The notes: generated by a model not told the origin, from the sequence alone. A stretch of 35,625 nucleotides of DNA from Gammaproteobacteria bacterium (GCA_029881425.1 JAOUMO010000003.1:1-35625); one strand, 5' to 3'; counted from the first letter of the stretch, positions 24,213-33,456 are shown. Program-made: numbers and translations.

Positions 24213-25568
24213 ATGACAGACCATAAAGCAATGCATAACTGGCGTGATGCCCTAAGCGTCTATTCGCAGCCACGTATCCTGGTGATGTTATTGCTCGGCT
24301 TCTCCGCCGGCCTGCCTTTTTTGCTGGTCTTTTCCACCCTCTCTGCCTGGCTCAGTGAATCCGATATCAGCCGTACCACGATTGGCTTCTTCAGCTGGAT
24401 CGGCATCATGTATTCGATCAAGATCTTCTGGGCACCGATTGTTGACCGCATCCCCCTGCCCCTGCTCACGCGGCGATTTGGCCAGCGTCGCAGCTGGTTG
24501 CTACTGGCACAATCGGGTATAGCCTGCGGGCTGTTATTACTCGCCATAACCACGCCAGCAAATAACATTCAACTGTTCGCAATCTATGCCTTACTGGTTG
24601 CCTTTTCATCGGCAACACAGGACGTGGTGATCGATGCCTATCGCATCGAAGCCGTAGACAAGGAATACCAGGCCGCGATGGCGGCCACCTATGTACTGGG
24701 TTATCGCGTTGCCACCCTGGCGGCAGGCGCAGGCTCACTCTATATTGCCGATTTCATCAACTGGCAGGTAGCCTATATAGTGATGGCGGCACTCACTGCC
24801 GTTGGCATTATCACCACCCTGGTGATTAATGAACCCGAACGCAACATCAAAGCCGACACCCTGGCCTATGAAGAACAGCTGGCGCATCGCATCGATTCAA
24901 GGCTACACATCCATGGCCGCACACAGGCCTTCAGCGACTGGTTCAGCAGTGCAGTGATCAGCCCCTTTGCAGAATTTTTCCGCCGCACCGGCAAGATAGC
25001 CTGGGTCATTTTATTACTCATTGGCACCTACCGGATCACCGACATCACCATGGCGGTAATGGCCAATCCCTTTTACCTGGATCTTGGTTTCAGCAAGACA
25101 GAAATCGCCAGTGTCACCAAACTGTTTGGATTTTTTCTCACCATCGTCGGTGTAGCACTCGGCGGCATACTGGTAGTGCGTTACGGCATTATGAAAATTT
25201 TATTACTGGGTGGCGTACTGGTAATCCTGAGTAATTTATTATTCGCACTACTCGCCAACCTTGGTCCCGACATCAACATGCTGGCCCTGGTCATCAGTGC
25301 CGACAGCCTCGCCGGCGGCATCGCCACCGCTGTATTCATCGCCTATCTATCCAGCCTCACCAATACGGCCTACACCGCCACCCAATACGCCCTGTTCAGT
25401 TCACTCATGACCCTGTTCCCCAAACTCATTGCCGGCTTCTCGGGTATCGTTGTAGATAGTTATGGCTATTTTGTATTTTATATTTATGCGTCAGTATTGG
25501 GTTTGCCAGCAATCCTGATAATTAGTTATTTAATAAAACAAAATAAAGCCGCCGGGACAAACATATAA
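24213..25568 (+). CDS. ampG: AmpG muropeptide MFS permease
   Basis: LGFSAGLP, KIFWAP.VD, RRSWLL, SATQD..IDAYRIE, TATQYAL. Confidence 0.92.
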   Translation: MTDHKAMHNWRDALSVYSQPRILVMLLLGFSAGLPFLLVFSTLSAWLSESDISRTTIGFFSWIGIMYSIKIFWAPIVDRIPLPLLTRRFGQRRSWLLLAQSGIACGLLLLAITTPANNIQLFAIYALLVAFSSATQDVVIDAYRIEAVDKEYQAAMAATYVLGYRVATLAAGAGSLYIADFINWQVAYIVMAALTAVGIITTLVINEPERNIKADTLAYEEQLAHRIDSRLHIHGRTQAFSDWFSSAVISPFAEFFRRTGKIAWVILLLIGTYRITDITMAVMANPFYLDLGFSKTEIASVTKLFGFFLTIVGVALGGILVVRYGIMKILLLGGVLVILSNLLFALLANLGPDINMLALVISADSLAGGIATAVFIAYLSSLTNTAYTATQYALFSSLMTLFPKLIAGFSGIVVDSYGYFVFYIYASVLGLPAILIISYLIKQNKAAGTNI

Positions 25569-25657
25569 GCCTGTTCAAACAGGCATCGATCACCTCTGCT
25601 ACAACTTTCTTGAAAGCGCGGCATTTAAAAAATGCTTTCATTAAACATCGCAGCAAT

Positions 25658-25676
25658 GTTACAAAATCGTTACAAA
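25658..25676 (+). promoter_or_regulatory. 11-bp-period direct repeat (OmpR/PhoB-family, ArcA-like site candidate)
   Basis: gttacaaa-atc-gttacaaa in the MCP upstream region. Confidence 0.4.
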
Positions 25677-25701
25677 TAAGCCGCCTCACTCACTGGCATT
25701 T

Positions 25702-25715
25702 TTGATTCTTATCAA
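25702..25715. promoter_or_regulatory. FNR/ANR box
   Basis: TTGAT-tctt-ATCAA, exact consensus, ~200 bp upstream of the Aer-like MCP. Confidence 0.8.
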
Positions 25716-25912
25716 TTCAATCACAATGCAAGCCGAACAAATCTACTGTAATACTTTTTCTTTTATTTCATCGTCTATACTCCTGATGATTAATTATTGT
25801 CATTTTATTTATTTCACTATATTACTGGAGCTTTACCACTACGGACTTACCCATGGTGGTCATTTTCTATATTACACAGACGGTGCTGATCTAATGCCTG
25901 CGGGATACTGAT

Positions 25913-28558
25913 ATGAAACTTAACACACCAGTTACAGACCATGAAATTTCGCTCAGCAACGACCATGTGATCGTTTCAAAAACAAATCTAAAAGGCATTA
26001 TTACTTATGTGAATAAGGACTTCATTGAGATCAGTGGTTACACGGAAAAGGAACTGATTGGCATTAATCACAATTTAGTTCGCCACCCGGATATGCCCGC
26101 TATCGCTTTCCAGGATTTATGGGACACCATCAAGCTTGGCAAGCCGTGGACAGGCATAGTAAAAAATCGCGCAAAAAATGGTGATTATTACTGGGTCGAA
26201 GCCAATGTCACCCCCATCACTAAAAATGGGCATATATCTGAATATCTTTCGGTACGGCGCAAGCCTACAAGCCAACAGGTAAAAAATGCCGACGATCTTT
26301 ACCACCGACTCAATGCCGGCAAAATACCCAGGCCATCGATTTTACAAAAACTCTCGGCACTTAAATCTTTATCCTTAATGAAAAAGTTTTATATCCTGAT
26401 GCTCTTCATGGCCATCAGTTTTGCGCTCTCCGGCGTATTTGCATGGACGCCAATGAACCTCATTGGTGGCCACTGGTTTGATTACCAGGAACATGTATTA
26501 AAGCGCCAGACCCTGCAGAAAAACATAATGCAGCAATTTGGCTATGGTGGCGCTATCCACCAATTTAAAAACTACGTATTACGTGGCGCCGAAAAACATA
26601 AGCAACAATTTGAAGAAAATCATTTACAGCTCAAACAGACAATTACTACCTATCGTGCGCTCGAAGACATACAACCAGAAGAACTACAGGCGCTCATCAT
26701 TATTGAATCGGTTGCCAACGATTATGCATCGATGCTTGAGCCTATTAAGGCGATGATCCGGGACGGCAATACAGCCATGGAAATCGATGGTCGCGTTAAG
26801 ATCAGCGATGCACCAGCCATCGAGGCACTGAAAAAACTGGATACCGTATTTATTCAACGCACCGAGAAAGTAAGTGCTGATATAAAACAAATACTGGATA
26901 TAGGTTCCAAAGCCGTTGCCATAATGCCGGTTATTGGCTTTATTCTCCTGTTTTCTATTTTCTGGCTATCCTTGCGCTACAGCATCATAAACCCACTGGA
27001 GGCCGTCCGCGGTATATTCAAGAATATTGCTGAAGGTAAGCTATTTAACGACATTGATATATCATCCGGGGATGAAATAGGACGTGTCAGGCGTGAACTC
27101 AAATCAATGCAAATTAAATTGAGTTATGACATGAATGAATCCAGTCGACTGGTAACTGAAGGCTTGCGCATCAAGACAGCCCTGGATAATGTATCGACTA
27201 GCGTTATGCTGGCCGATGACAATAGAAACATATTGTATGTTAACAAAACTTTGCACGATATCCTGCAAAATGCCGAATCCGACATACAAAAGGATTTGCC
27301 CAACTTTAATGCCGACAAACTACTGGGCGAAAGCATTGACCAGTTCCATAAAAAACCGGAACACCAGAAAGGCATCCTGGCCAGGCTAACCACTGAACAC
27401 AGGGCGCGCGTAAATCTTGGTGGACGCAGTTTTGATCTGGTTGTAAATCCTGTTGTCGACAAAAATGGAAAACGAGAAGGCACCGCTGTTGAATGGGCGG
27501 ATGTTACCGAACAATTAATCATGGAACAGGAAATCGACAGGGTGGTTAATGCTGTTGCAAAGGGCGAACTTCAAAACCGTATTAATCTTGAAAACAAGGA
27601 AGGCTTTATAAGAAACCTGGGGCAGGGCGTAAATGAAATGACCCATGTCGTAAACGACAGCATTAAGGAAGTCGAAGAAGTACTATCATCCATGGCGACT
27701 GGTGACCTGACCCATAATGTCAGTACGGGTTATAGCGGTGCATTTGGCAACCTGGCCAATAGTGCCAATGACACCATCAATAAACTAAAGGATATTGTAC
27801 AGAAAATACGTACTTCCGCAGAAAACATAAATACTGCAAGCTCTGAAATTTCCCAGGGCAATTCCGACCTGAGCTCAAGGACAGAACAACAGGCATCCTC
27901 GCTTGAGGAAACCGCATCCAGCATGGAAGAATTGACCAGCACCGTAAAACAAAACTCAGACAATGCAAATAATGCAGACAAACTGGCGATGGGTGCACGA
28001 ACACAGGCACAGCATGGCGGTGAAATTGTTGGTCGCGCCATCAATGCCATGTCCGCCATCAATGAAAGCTCAGGCAAGATTGCGGATATTATTAGCGTCA
28101 TTGATGAAATCGCTTTCCAGACCAATTTGCTGGCACTCAACGCCTCTGTAGAAGCCGCACGTGCAGGCGACCAGGGACGTGGCTTTGCCGTAGTGGCCAG
28201 TGAAGTACGAAACCTTGCCCAGCGTAGTGCGACGGCTGCGAAACAGATTAAAGACCTGATTTCCGACAGTGTCGTAAAGGTAAAGGATGGATCACAACTT
28301 GTTAATGAATCAGGCGTAGCCCTTGAAGAGATTGTTAAGTCTGTTAACCAGGTGAGTGAAATTGTTGCCAATATCGCAACCGCCAGCCAGGAACAAACAC
28401 TGGGTATAGAACAGATCAACAAGGCCATAATGTCGATGGATGAAATGACTCAACAGAATGCCGCACTAGTTGAAGAGGCTGCCGCAGCAAGTGAATCACT
28501 CGATCAACAGGCCGGTGAACTAACCCAGCTGGTAGGCTATTTCAACACCATGAAATAA
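25913..28558 (+). CDS. methyl-accepting chemotaxis protein: PAS(Aer)-TM-periplasmic domain-TM-HAMP-PAS(Aer2)-HAMPs-MA
   Basis: RHPDMP and [12 protein letters not shown]; two TMs; [11 protein letters not shown]...VEWAD; [40 protein letters not shown]. Confidence 0.95.
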   Translation: MKLNTPVTDHEISLSNDHVIVSKTNLKGIITYVNKDFIEISGYTEKELIGINHNLVRHPDMPAIAFQDLWDTIKLGKPWTGIVKNRAKNGDYYWVEANVTPITKNGHISEYLSVRRKPTSQQVKNADDLYHRLNAGKIPRPSILQKLSALKSLSLMKKFYILMLFMAISFALSGVFAWTPMNLIGGHWFDYQEHVLKRQTLQKNIMQQFGYGGAIHQFKNYVLRGAEKHKQQFEENHLQLKQTITTYRALEDIQPEELQALIIIESVANDYASMLEPIKAMIRDGNTAMEIDGRVKISDAPAIEALKKLDTVFIQRTEKVSADIKQILDIGSKAVAIMPVIGFILLFSIFWLSLRYSIINPLEAVRGIFKNIAEGKLFNDIDISSGDEIGRVRRELKSMQIKLSYDMNESSRLVTEGLRIKTALDNVSTSVMLADDNRNILYVNKTLHDILQNAESDIQKDLPNFNADKLLGESIDQFHKKPEHQKGILARLTTEHRARVNLGGRSFDLVVNPVVDKNGKREGTAVEWADVTEQLIMEQEIDRVVNAVAKGELQNRINLENKEGFIRNLGQGVNEMTHVVNDSIKEVEEVLSSMATGDLTHNVSTGYSGAFGNLANSANDTINKLKDIVQKIRTSAENINTASSEISQGNSDLSSRTEQQASSLEETASSMEELTSTVKQNSDNANNADKLAMGARTQAQHGGEIVGRAINAMSAINESSGKIADIISVIDEIAFQTNLLALNASVEAARAGDQGRGFAVVASEVRNLAQRSATAAKQIKDLISDSVVKVKDGSQLVNESGVALEEIVKSVNQVSEIVANIATASQEQTLGIEQINKAIMSMDEMTQQNAALVEEAAAASESLDQQAGELTQLVGYFNTMK

Positions 28559-28622
28559 AATCAGGCCCCATAAAGATAAGACGTTTCACTTTCGACAACA
28601 ACAGATAGACCCGGGTTAAATA

Positions 28623-29066
28623 TCAACCAGGCCTGTATTGCATTAAACAAACATTTTTTCCGCTATTCTGGTAACACCTGAATCGTTCAGCAACAATTAA
28701 AGGCACCTGTTCAACTTCTATTAACTTAAAACCTGTAGACTGGTAAAACACCACCAGGTGTTCATAGGCAAAACAATAACATTCTGTTTCTGCAAAAACA
28801 TTTAGTAATGACTTCAAAAAATGGCGCCCTATTCCCTGTCCACGATAACTGGATTCCACGCACATACTACGCAACACCCAATTATCGCCAAACGGACACA
28901 GACGTAACGCAGCTAGCAGCTTATCTTCATGTAAGGCCATGTAAACCCGATCCGACTTTGCCGCCTGGGGACGCATCCCCTGCTCGCGAAAAAAACGTTT
29001 CACACGTAGCAGCCCGATATCATCAGCTTTATTAATTATGATATTATGTAGCAATGTCTCGTCCAT
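28623..29066 (-). CDS. GNAT family N-acetyltransferase
   Basis: LRSMCVESSYRGQGIG acetyl-CoA motif A, FYQSTGF; start uncertain. Confidence 0.82.
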   Translation of the reverse strand: MDETLLHNIIINKADDIGLLRVKRFFREQGMRPQAAKSDRVYMALHEDKLLAALRLCPFGDNWVLRSMCVESSYRGQGIGRHFLKSLLNVFAETECYCFAYEHLVVFYQSTGFKLIEVEQVPLIVAERFRCYQNSGKNVCLMQYRPG

Positions 29067-29671
29067 TCTGTTACCAGTGTTATCGCGCCAGCACGGCCTG
29101 TATTTGCGGGCTAATACCGACCATCAATAATAAAACCCATATCACCCTGCTACAGCACCCAACAGAAGCCACTCACAGTAAGGGCACAGCCATTATAGCC
29201 CAGTTGTACCTGGAAAATATCACCACTTTTGTCGCTGAAGATTTTAGCCAGCACACCAGCTTGAATAAGCTTTTACAACAGCATAACAAATCAACTGCGA
29301 TTGTTTACCCCGACCATGCCGCAAGCAGTTTAAGTGATTTCAACGAGAGTCAACAGAAACCCGTTAGCAACCTGATATTTATCGATGCCACATGGCGCAA
29401 GGCAAAAAAAATTTGGCTAACATCACCCAATCTGCAACAGTTACCCTGTATAAAACTCAATATTAATAAGGCATCAAACTACCGTATACGTAAAGCAACC
29501 GACCCTGGCCACCTGTCCACTATCGAGGCCATGCATCATTGCTTGCAGCATTTAGAGCCCGCATCCAGAGGATACGACAAGTTACTTTTCGTCTTTAATA
29601 AAATGATTGATTTCCAGATTCAGAAAATGGGTGAAGATACCTACCAAAATAACCATAGCCCCAAAGATTAA
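29054..29671 (+). CDS. DTW domain tRNA-uridine aminocarboxypropyltransferase (TapT-like)
   Basis: CxxC...CxC N-terminus, LQHPTE, IDATWRKA, YRIRK, LSTIEA. Confidence 0.88.
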   Translation: MSRPFCYQCYRASTACICGLIPTINNKTHITLLQHPTEATHSKGTAIIAQLYLENITTFVAEDFSQHTSLNKLLQQHNKSTAIVYPDHAASSLSDFNESQQKPVSNLIFIDATWRKAKKIWLTSPNLQQLPCIKLNINKASNYRIRKATDPGHLSTIEAMHHCLQHLEPASRGYDKLLFVFNKMIDFQIQKMGEDTYQNNHSPKD

Positions 29672-29738
29672 TTACTCGACAATTAAAATTATGTCAGTAT
29701 GATTTATATCACCCATTATTATTTACCCCGGATCCATT

Positions 29739-30149
29739 ATGAATTCCACTATTGAGGCAACGATTAAATTTTCATTCAAAGGCGAAAACTTTGACCTGTG
29801 CGAAACCCTGGATCTCGATGCGATAATGACGTCAACCGGAAAATTACCTGACCTTCACTTACAGCTTGCCCGTGCCAATAACATCGACACCTACTCATAC
29901 ATGTACGACGCCATGGAGTCATACCCAATAGTCTTTAGAAACCCTACGGGACTAGCCTGCTCTTTTCTGGATGACACCCGTTTTGCAATAATAGAGTTTG
30001 AACAGGCCTGGAACAACCAGGAAATTGATCAACTCATTGATGGCATTGCAAAAAAACACCTGGACAAAATACCTGCCGACATCCAGCTCAATATCAAGCT
30101 TGCCTTACTCGATGCCTACAACCTGGGAAAATCATCCCGGCAAACATAA
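29739..30149 (+). CDS. hypothetical protein
   Basis: 136-aa ORF filling the gap between the DTW gene and ppk2, with GGA upstream of the ATG; no recognised domain. Confidence 0.7.
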   Translation: MNSTIEATIKFSFKGENFDLCETLDLDAIMTSTGKLPDLHLQLARANNIDTYSYMYDAMESYPIVFRNPTGLACSFLDDTRFAIIEFEQAWNNQEIDQLIDGIAKKHLDKIPADIQLNIKLALLDAYNLGKSSRQT

Positions 30150-30182
30150 GCCAATCTAGCCGGATTGGGTATTCTATCCATA

Positions 30183-31103
30183 TCAGGTTTTTATTTTCGG
30201 CGCCTTATCCAGGATATGTTCACCCTTCTCATAGATGTCCACCGCAGAACCTACAATCAATTCATCTGGCGGTATGGCAATCGCTTTATTCTTATTCGGG
30301 TAATCCAGTTTATTCAGCACAAAACGCATTGCATTTATGCGTGCACGTTTTTTGCAATCGGACTTGACCACGGTCCAGGGGGCATCCGCAGTATCGGTAT
30401 AGAAAAACATGGCCTCCTTGGCCTCGGTGTACTCTTCCCACTTATCCAGTGATGACAAATCAATCGGGCTCAACTTCCACTGTTTCAGGGGATCATGCTG
30501 GCGCCCCTGGAAGCGCCTGAACTGCTCGTTGCGACTCACCGAAAACCAGAGCTTGAATAACGTAATACCACTACGCACCAGCATACGTTCCAGCTCGGGC
30601 GCCTGTCGCATAAATTCCAGGTACTCACCGGGCTTGCAGAACCCCATTACACGCTCGACACCAGCGCGGTTATACCAGGAACGATCAAACATGACGATTT
30701 CACCCTTACTCGGCAGGTGACGCAAATAACGCTGGAAATACCACTCGCCCTGTTCCAGTTCACTCGGCTTTTCCAGCGCAACCACGCGTGCTCCACGCGG
30801 GTTCATATGCTCCATCATGCGTTTAATCGTACCCCCCTTACCCGCCGCGTCACGGCCCTCGAAAAAAATCAGCACGCGCTGCCCGGTCTCCTTCACCCAG
30901 CCCTGCATTTTTAAAAACTCGATCTGCAGCTCTGTTTTTAAGCGCTCATATTCCCCCCGTTTCATTTTCGTTTTATAGGGGTAATTGGCATCTGCAAATA
31001 TTTTTCGTTTATCCAGCCGATCAACAACATCGGAACCGGCCAGTTTCTGGTCTTTTCTATCGGCTGAAATTTTTGGCATACTGAAATTTACGTCCTTACT
31101 CAT
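30183..31103 (-). CDS. ppk2: polyphosphate kinase 2 (single-domain, class I-like)
   Basis: FEGRDAAGKGG, DRSWYNRAGVERVMGFC, WKLSPID. Confidence 0.96.
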   Translation of the reverse strand: MSKDVNFSMPKISADRKDQKLAGSDVVDRLDKRKIFADANYPYKTKMKRGEYERLKTELQIEFLKMQGWVKETGQRVLIFFEGRDAAGKGGTIKRMMEHMNPRGARVVALEKPSELEQGEWYFQRYLRHLPSKGEIVMFDRSWYNRAGVERVMGFCKPGEYLEFMRQAPELERMLVRSGITLFKLWFSVSRNEQFRRFQGRQHDPLKQWKLSPIDLSSLDKWEEYTEAKEAMFFYTDTADAPWTVVKSDCKKRARINAMRFVLNKLDYPNKNKAIAIPPDELIVGSAVDIYEKGEHILDKAPKIKT

Positions 31104-31184
31104 CGGCTGACCTCGAAAAAATAGTGCGGATATAATTACAAGTTTAGTATGAATTACCCACTTTATCTCACTGGCATCGAACAG

Positions 31185-31604
31185 TTATGGTGCATCAACA
31201 TACAATACAGACCCTGGTGTAATACGGTATTTTGGCCCCTTCAAATCCAGCTCGGTCTTACTGCCAGCGATCACCCGACCCTGTAAGTCAAACCGGGACT
31301 CTACACAGGCAGATTTGAATTCCTGTTTTTCCTGCTGATACTCAAGCGGGCAACCATAGACAGGATCAATGGCCCAGGCGACATAGTATTGCGTGCCATA
31401 GACCACCACCAGTTTGCGCCGCCCCGCCTGCATATATTTAACCTCGCCGGGCTGCATACTACCCAGCTCGAAACTGTACTGATGGCTTTCACCTGTATCC
31501 GGGCCCAGCATCAGGCCGCTCAAAAAAACATACATCAGCCAGGCCAGCGCAAAGCCTGCCATCAATTTTAAAACCACACGAAGTATTTGTTTTGTATCAC
31601 TCAT
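31185..31604 (-). CDS. membrane-anchored Rieske-fold protein lacking [2Fe-2S] ligands
   Basis: N-terminal TM helix; DPVYGC and SACVESRFDLQGRV align with Rieske boxes CxHxGC and CPCHGSxFDxxGRV. Confidence 0.72.
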   Translation of the reverse strand: MSDTKQILRVVLKLMAGFALAWLMYVFLSGLMLGPDTGESHQYSFELGSMQPGEVKYMQAGRRKLVVVYGTQYYVAWAIDPVYGCPLEYQQEKQEFKSACVESRFDLQGRVIAGSKTELDLKGPKYRITPGSVLYVDAP

Positions 31605-31638
31605 GCTCAGGGTAAACTTATTGTTAATGAGTCACATT

Positions 31639-32784
31639 ATGCCTGAATTTTCCTGCCTGCCACCCCTTTCACTTTATATCCACATCCCCTGGTGTGTGCG
31701 TAAGTGCCCCTATTGTGATTTTAATTCCCATGCGGTGAAGCACGAGATTCCCGAGTCACAATATATCGACTGCCTGCTAAATGACCTGGAACAACAGTTG
31801 CCCGGCATCTGGGGGCGACGACTCAGCTCCATCTTTATCGGTGGCGGTACACCTAGCCTGTTTTCTGCGGAGGGCATTCATCGCCTGCTCAGTGGCATAC
31901 GCGCCCGCATGCAAACCGTGGCTACCATGGAGATTACGCTGGAGGCCAACCCCGGCACCTTTGAACAGGAAAAATTCAATGGTTTTTATGAGGCGGGCAT
32001 AAATCGACTGTCCATCGGCATCCAGAGTTTCGATAGCGATAAGCTCAAACGCCTTGGACGGATACACGATGGTAGAGAGGCAATCCAGGCAATAGAGACG
32101 GCACGAAAGGCCGGCTTTGAAAATATTAATCTCGACCTGATGTTTGCCCTGCCAGAACAAACCATAGAACAGGGACTGGCTGACTTACAAACTGCAATAC
32201 AGCTCCAGCCTTCACATATTTCCTGGTACCAATTGACGATCGAGCCCAATACTTATTTCTATACTCACCCACCGGTGACCCCCGATGACGAGCTCAGTTT
32301 TGAATGTCAGCTACAGGGCCAGGCACTACTGGCGTCTGCCGGCTATGCCCAATATGAAATTTCTGCCTACGCCCGTAACGGCCAACAGTGCAAACACAAC
32401 CTGAACTACTGGGAATTTGGTGATTACCTTGCCATAGGCGCCGGCGCACATGGCAAGATTAGCCGAGCCGATGACCAGAGCATCCATCGCTACTGGCAGG
32501 TTCGTAAACCTGAAGACTATATGGACGCCACACTGCGCACAGCGGGTAAAGAAATTCTCAGTGAGAAGGACAGGGTTTTTGAATTTATGCTGAATGCCCT
32601 GCGCCTTAAACAGGGCTTTGATCTCGAACTGTTTGAAAACCACACCGGCCTGTCGAGAAAATTGATTGAGGCGGATTGCGCCACTGCGATAGATAGCGGA
32701 CTACTCACGCAACAGGGCAACCGACTGCATGCTACGGACCGGGGCTACCTGTTCCTGAATGAGCTGATTAATATGTTCAGTTAA
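31639..32784 (+). CDS. hemW: radical SAM heme chaperone HemW
   Basis: PPLSLYIHIPWCVRKCPYCDFNSH, GGGTPS, EANP, YEISAY, HNLNYW; start ATG 31639 (or 31627). Confidence 0.94.
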   Translation: MPEFSCLPPLSLYIHIPWCVRKCPYCDFNSHAVKHEIPESQYIDCLLNDLEQQLPGIWGRRLSSIFIGGGTPSLFSAEGIHRLLSGIRARMQTVATMEITLEANPGTFEQEKFNGFYEAGINRLSIGIQSFDSDKLKRLGRIHDGREAIQAIETARKAGFENINLDLMFALPEQTIEQGLADLQTAIQLQPSHISWYQLTIEPNTYFYTHPPVTPDDELSFECQLQGQALLASAGYAQYEISAYARNGQQCKHNLNYWEFGDYLAIGAGAHGKISRADDQSIHRYWQVRKPEDYMDATLRTAGKEILSEKDRVFEFMLNALRLKQGFDLELFENHTGLSRKLIEADCATAIDSGLLTQQGNRLHATDRGYLFLNELINMFS

Positions 32785-32793
32785 GCCACCCGT

Positions 32794-33285
32794 CTATTGT
32801 TTGTTTATACCGTCCAGGGCTTCTTTCTGTGACTCGAAACGCTGATTCAGCATATCACCGACATTTTTCGCATCATCCACCAGCTTTTCTACACCTTCTT
32901 TTGAATAAGGACTATACAAACCCTCACCCACTTTTGTCACACGTGACCCCTGCCCCTGCTCTTCATCTTCCTCTTCTTTTTCAGGCAACTTCATCGCTGG
33001 CAAAACATTCACATCGGGCTTCAACTGCCGCACCTCTGCCTCCAGCCCCACCGGAGGGACACTACTGAAGTTAACATGCCCCTGTTCATCCATCCACTTA
33101 TAAACGGTCACTTCCTCGTCTGTAACCACATTCGTTATATTTTCCGGCATAGCAACCTGTTCGGGCTTCTGTCCCGGCAGCATCTGCTGTAAAAAATCAG
33201 GCAATCCACCACCGCCCAGCATGTAATAGGGTACTGCCAGCAGGATACCGCTCAACACCACGAGCTTTATAAATAACTTCTTCAT
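32794..33285 (-). CDS. DUF4124 domain membrane-anchored protein
   Basis: N-terminal TM helix, VYKWMDEQGHVNFSSVPP; start moved to ATG 33285. Confidence 0.78.
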   Translation of the reverse strand: MKKLFIKLVVLSGILLAVPYYMLGGGGLPDFLQQMLPGQKPEQVAMPENITNVVTDEEVTVYKWMDEQGHVNFSSVPPVGLEAEVRQLKPDVNVLPAMKLPEKEEEDEEQGQGSRVTKVGEGLYSPYSKEGVEKLVDDAKNVGDMLNQRFESQKEALDGINKQ

Positions 33286-33384
33286 CAGGCCATTTTCCTT
33301 TAATTTCCCGTCTGGCACATTATCAACCAGCCAGCAGGTTTTGCCAATCGCCCCCCCGTGATTTAAAAAATATGCAAAACGGAC

Positions 33385-33413
33385 TTGCCGGATAGGGGGT
33401 GACGGAGTAATAT
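33385..33413 (+). promoter_or_regulatory. sigma70 promoter candidate for rpmE
   Basis: TTGCCG-N17-TAATAT ending 43 bp before the rpmE ATG. Confidence 0.5.
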
Positions 33414-33456
33414 ACCCGGCTCCTTACGGACCCAAACAGATTTTAGAGGACTCGAA

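Noticed and set aside
25569-25584. gcctgtt-ca-aacaggc palindrome after ampG as a terminator
   Set aside because: Short stem with no T tract; insufficient support.
25702-25911. 69-aa ORF upstream of the MCP (possible leader peptide)
   Set aside because: Its TTG start is the FNR box itself; no RBS; AT-rich promoter-like sequence.
27730-28428. 232-aa minus-strand ORF
   Set aside because: Typical antisense frame of an MCP signalling domain.
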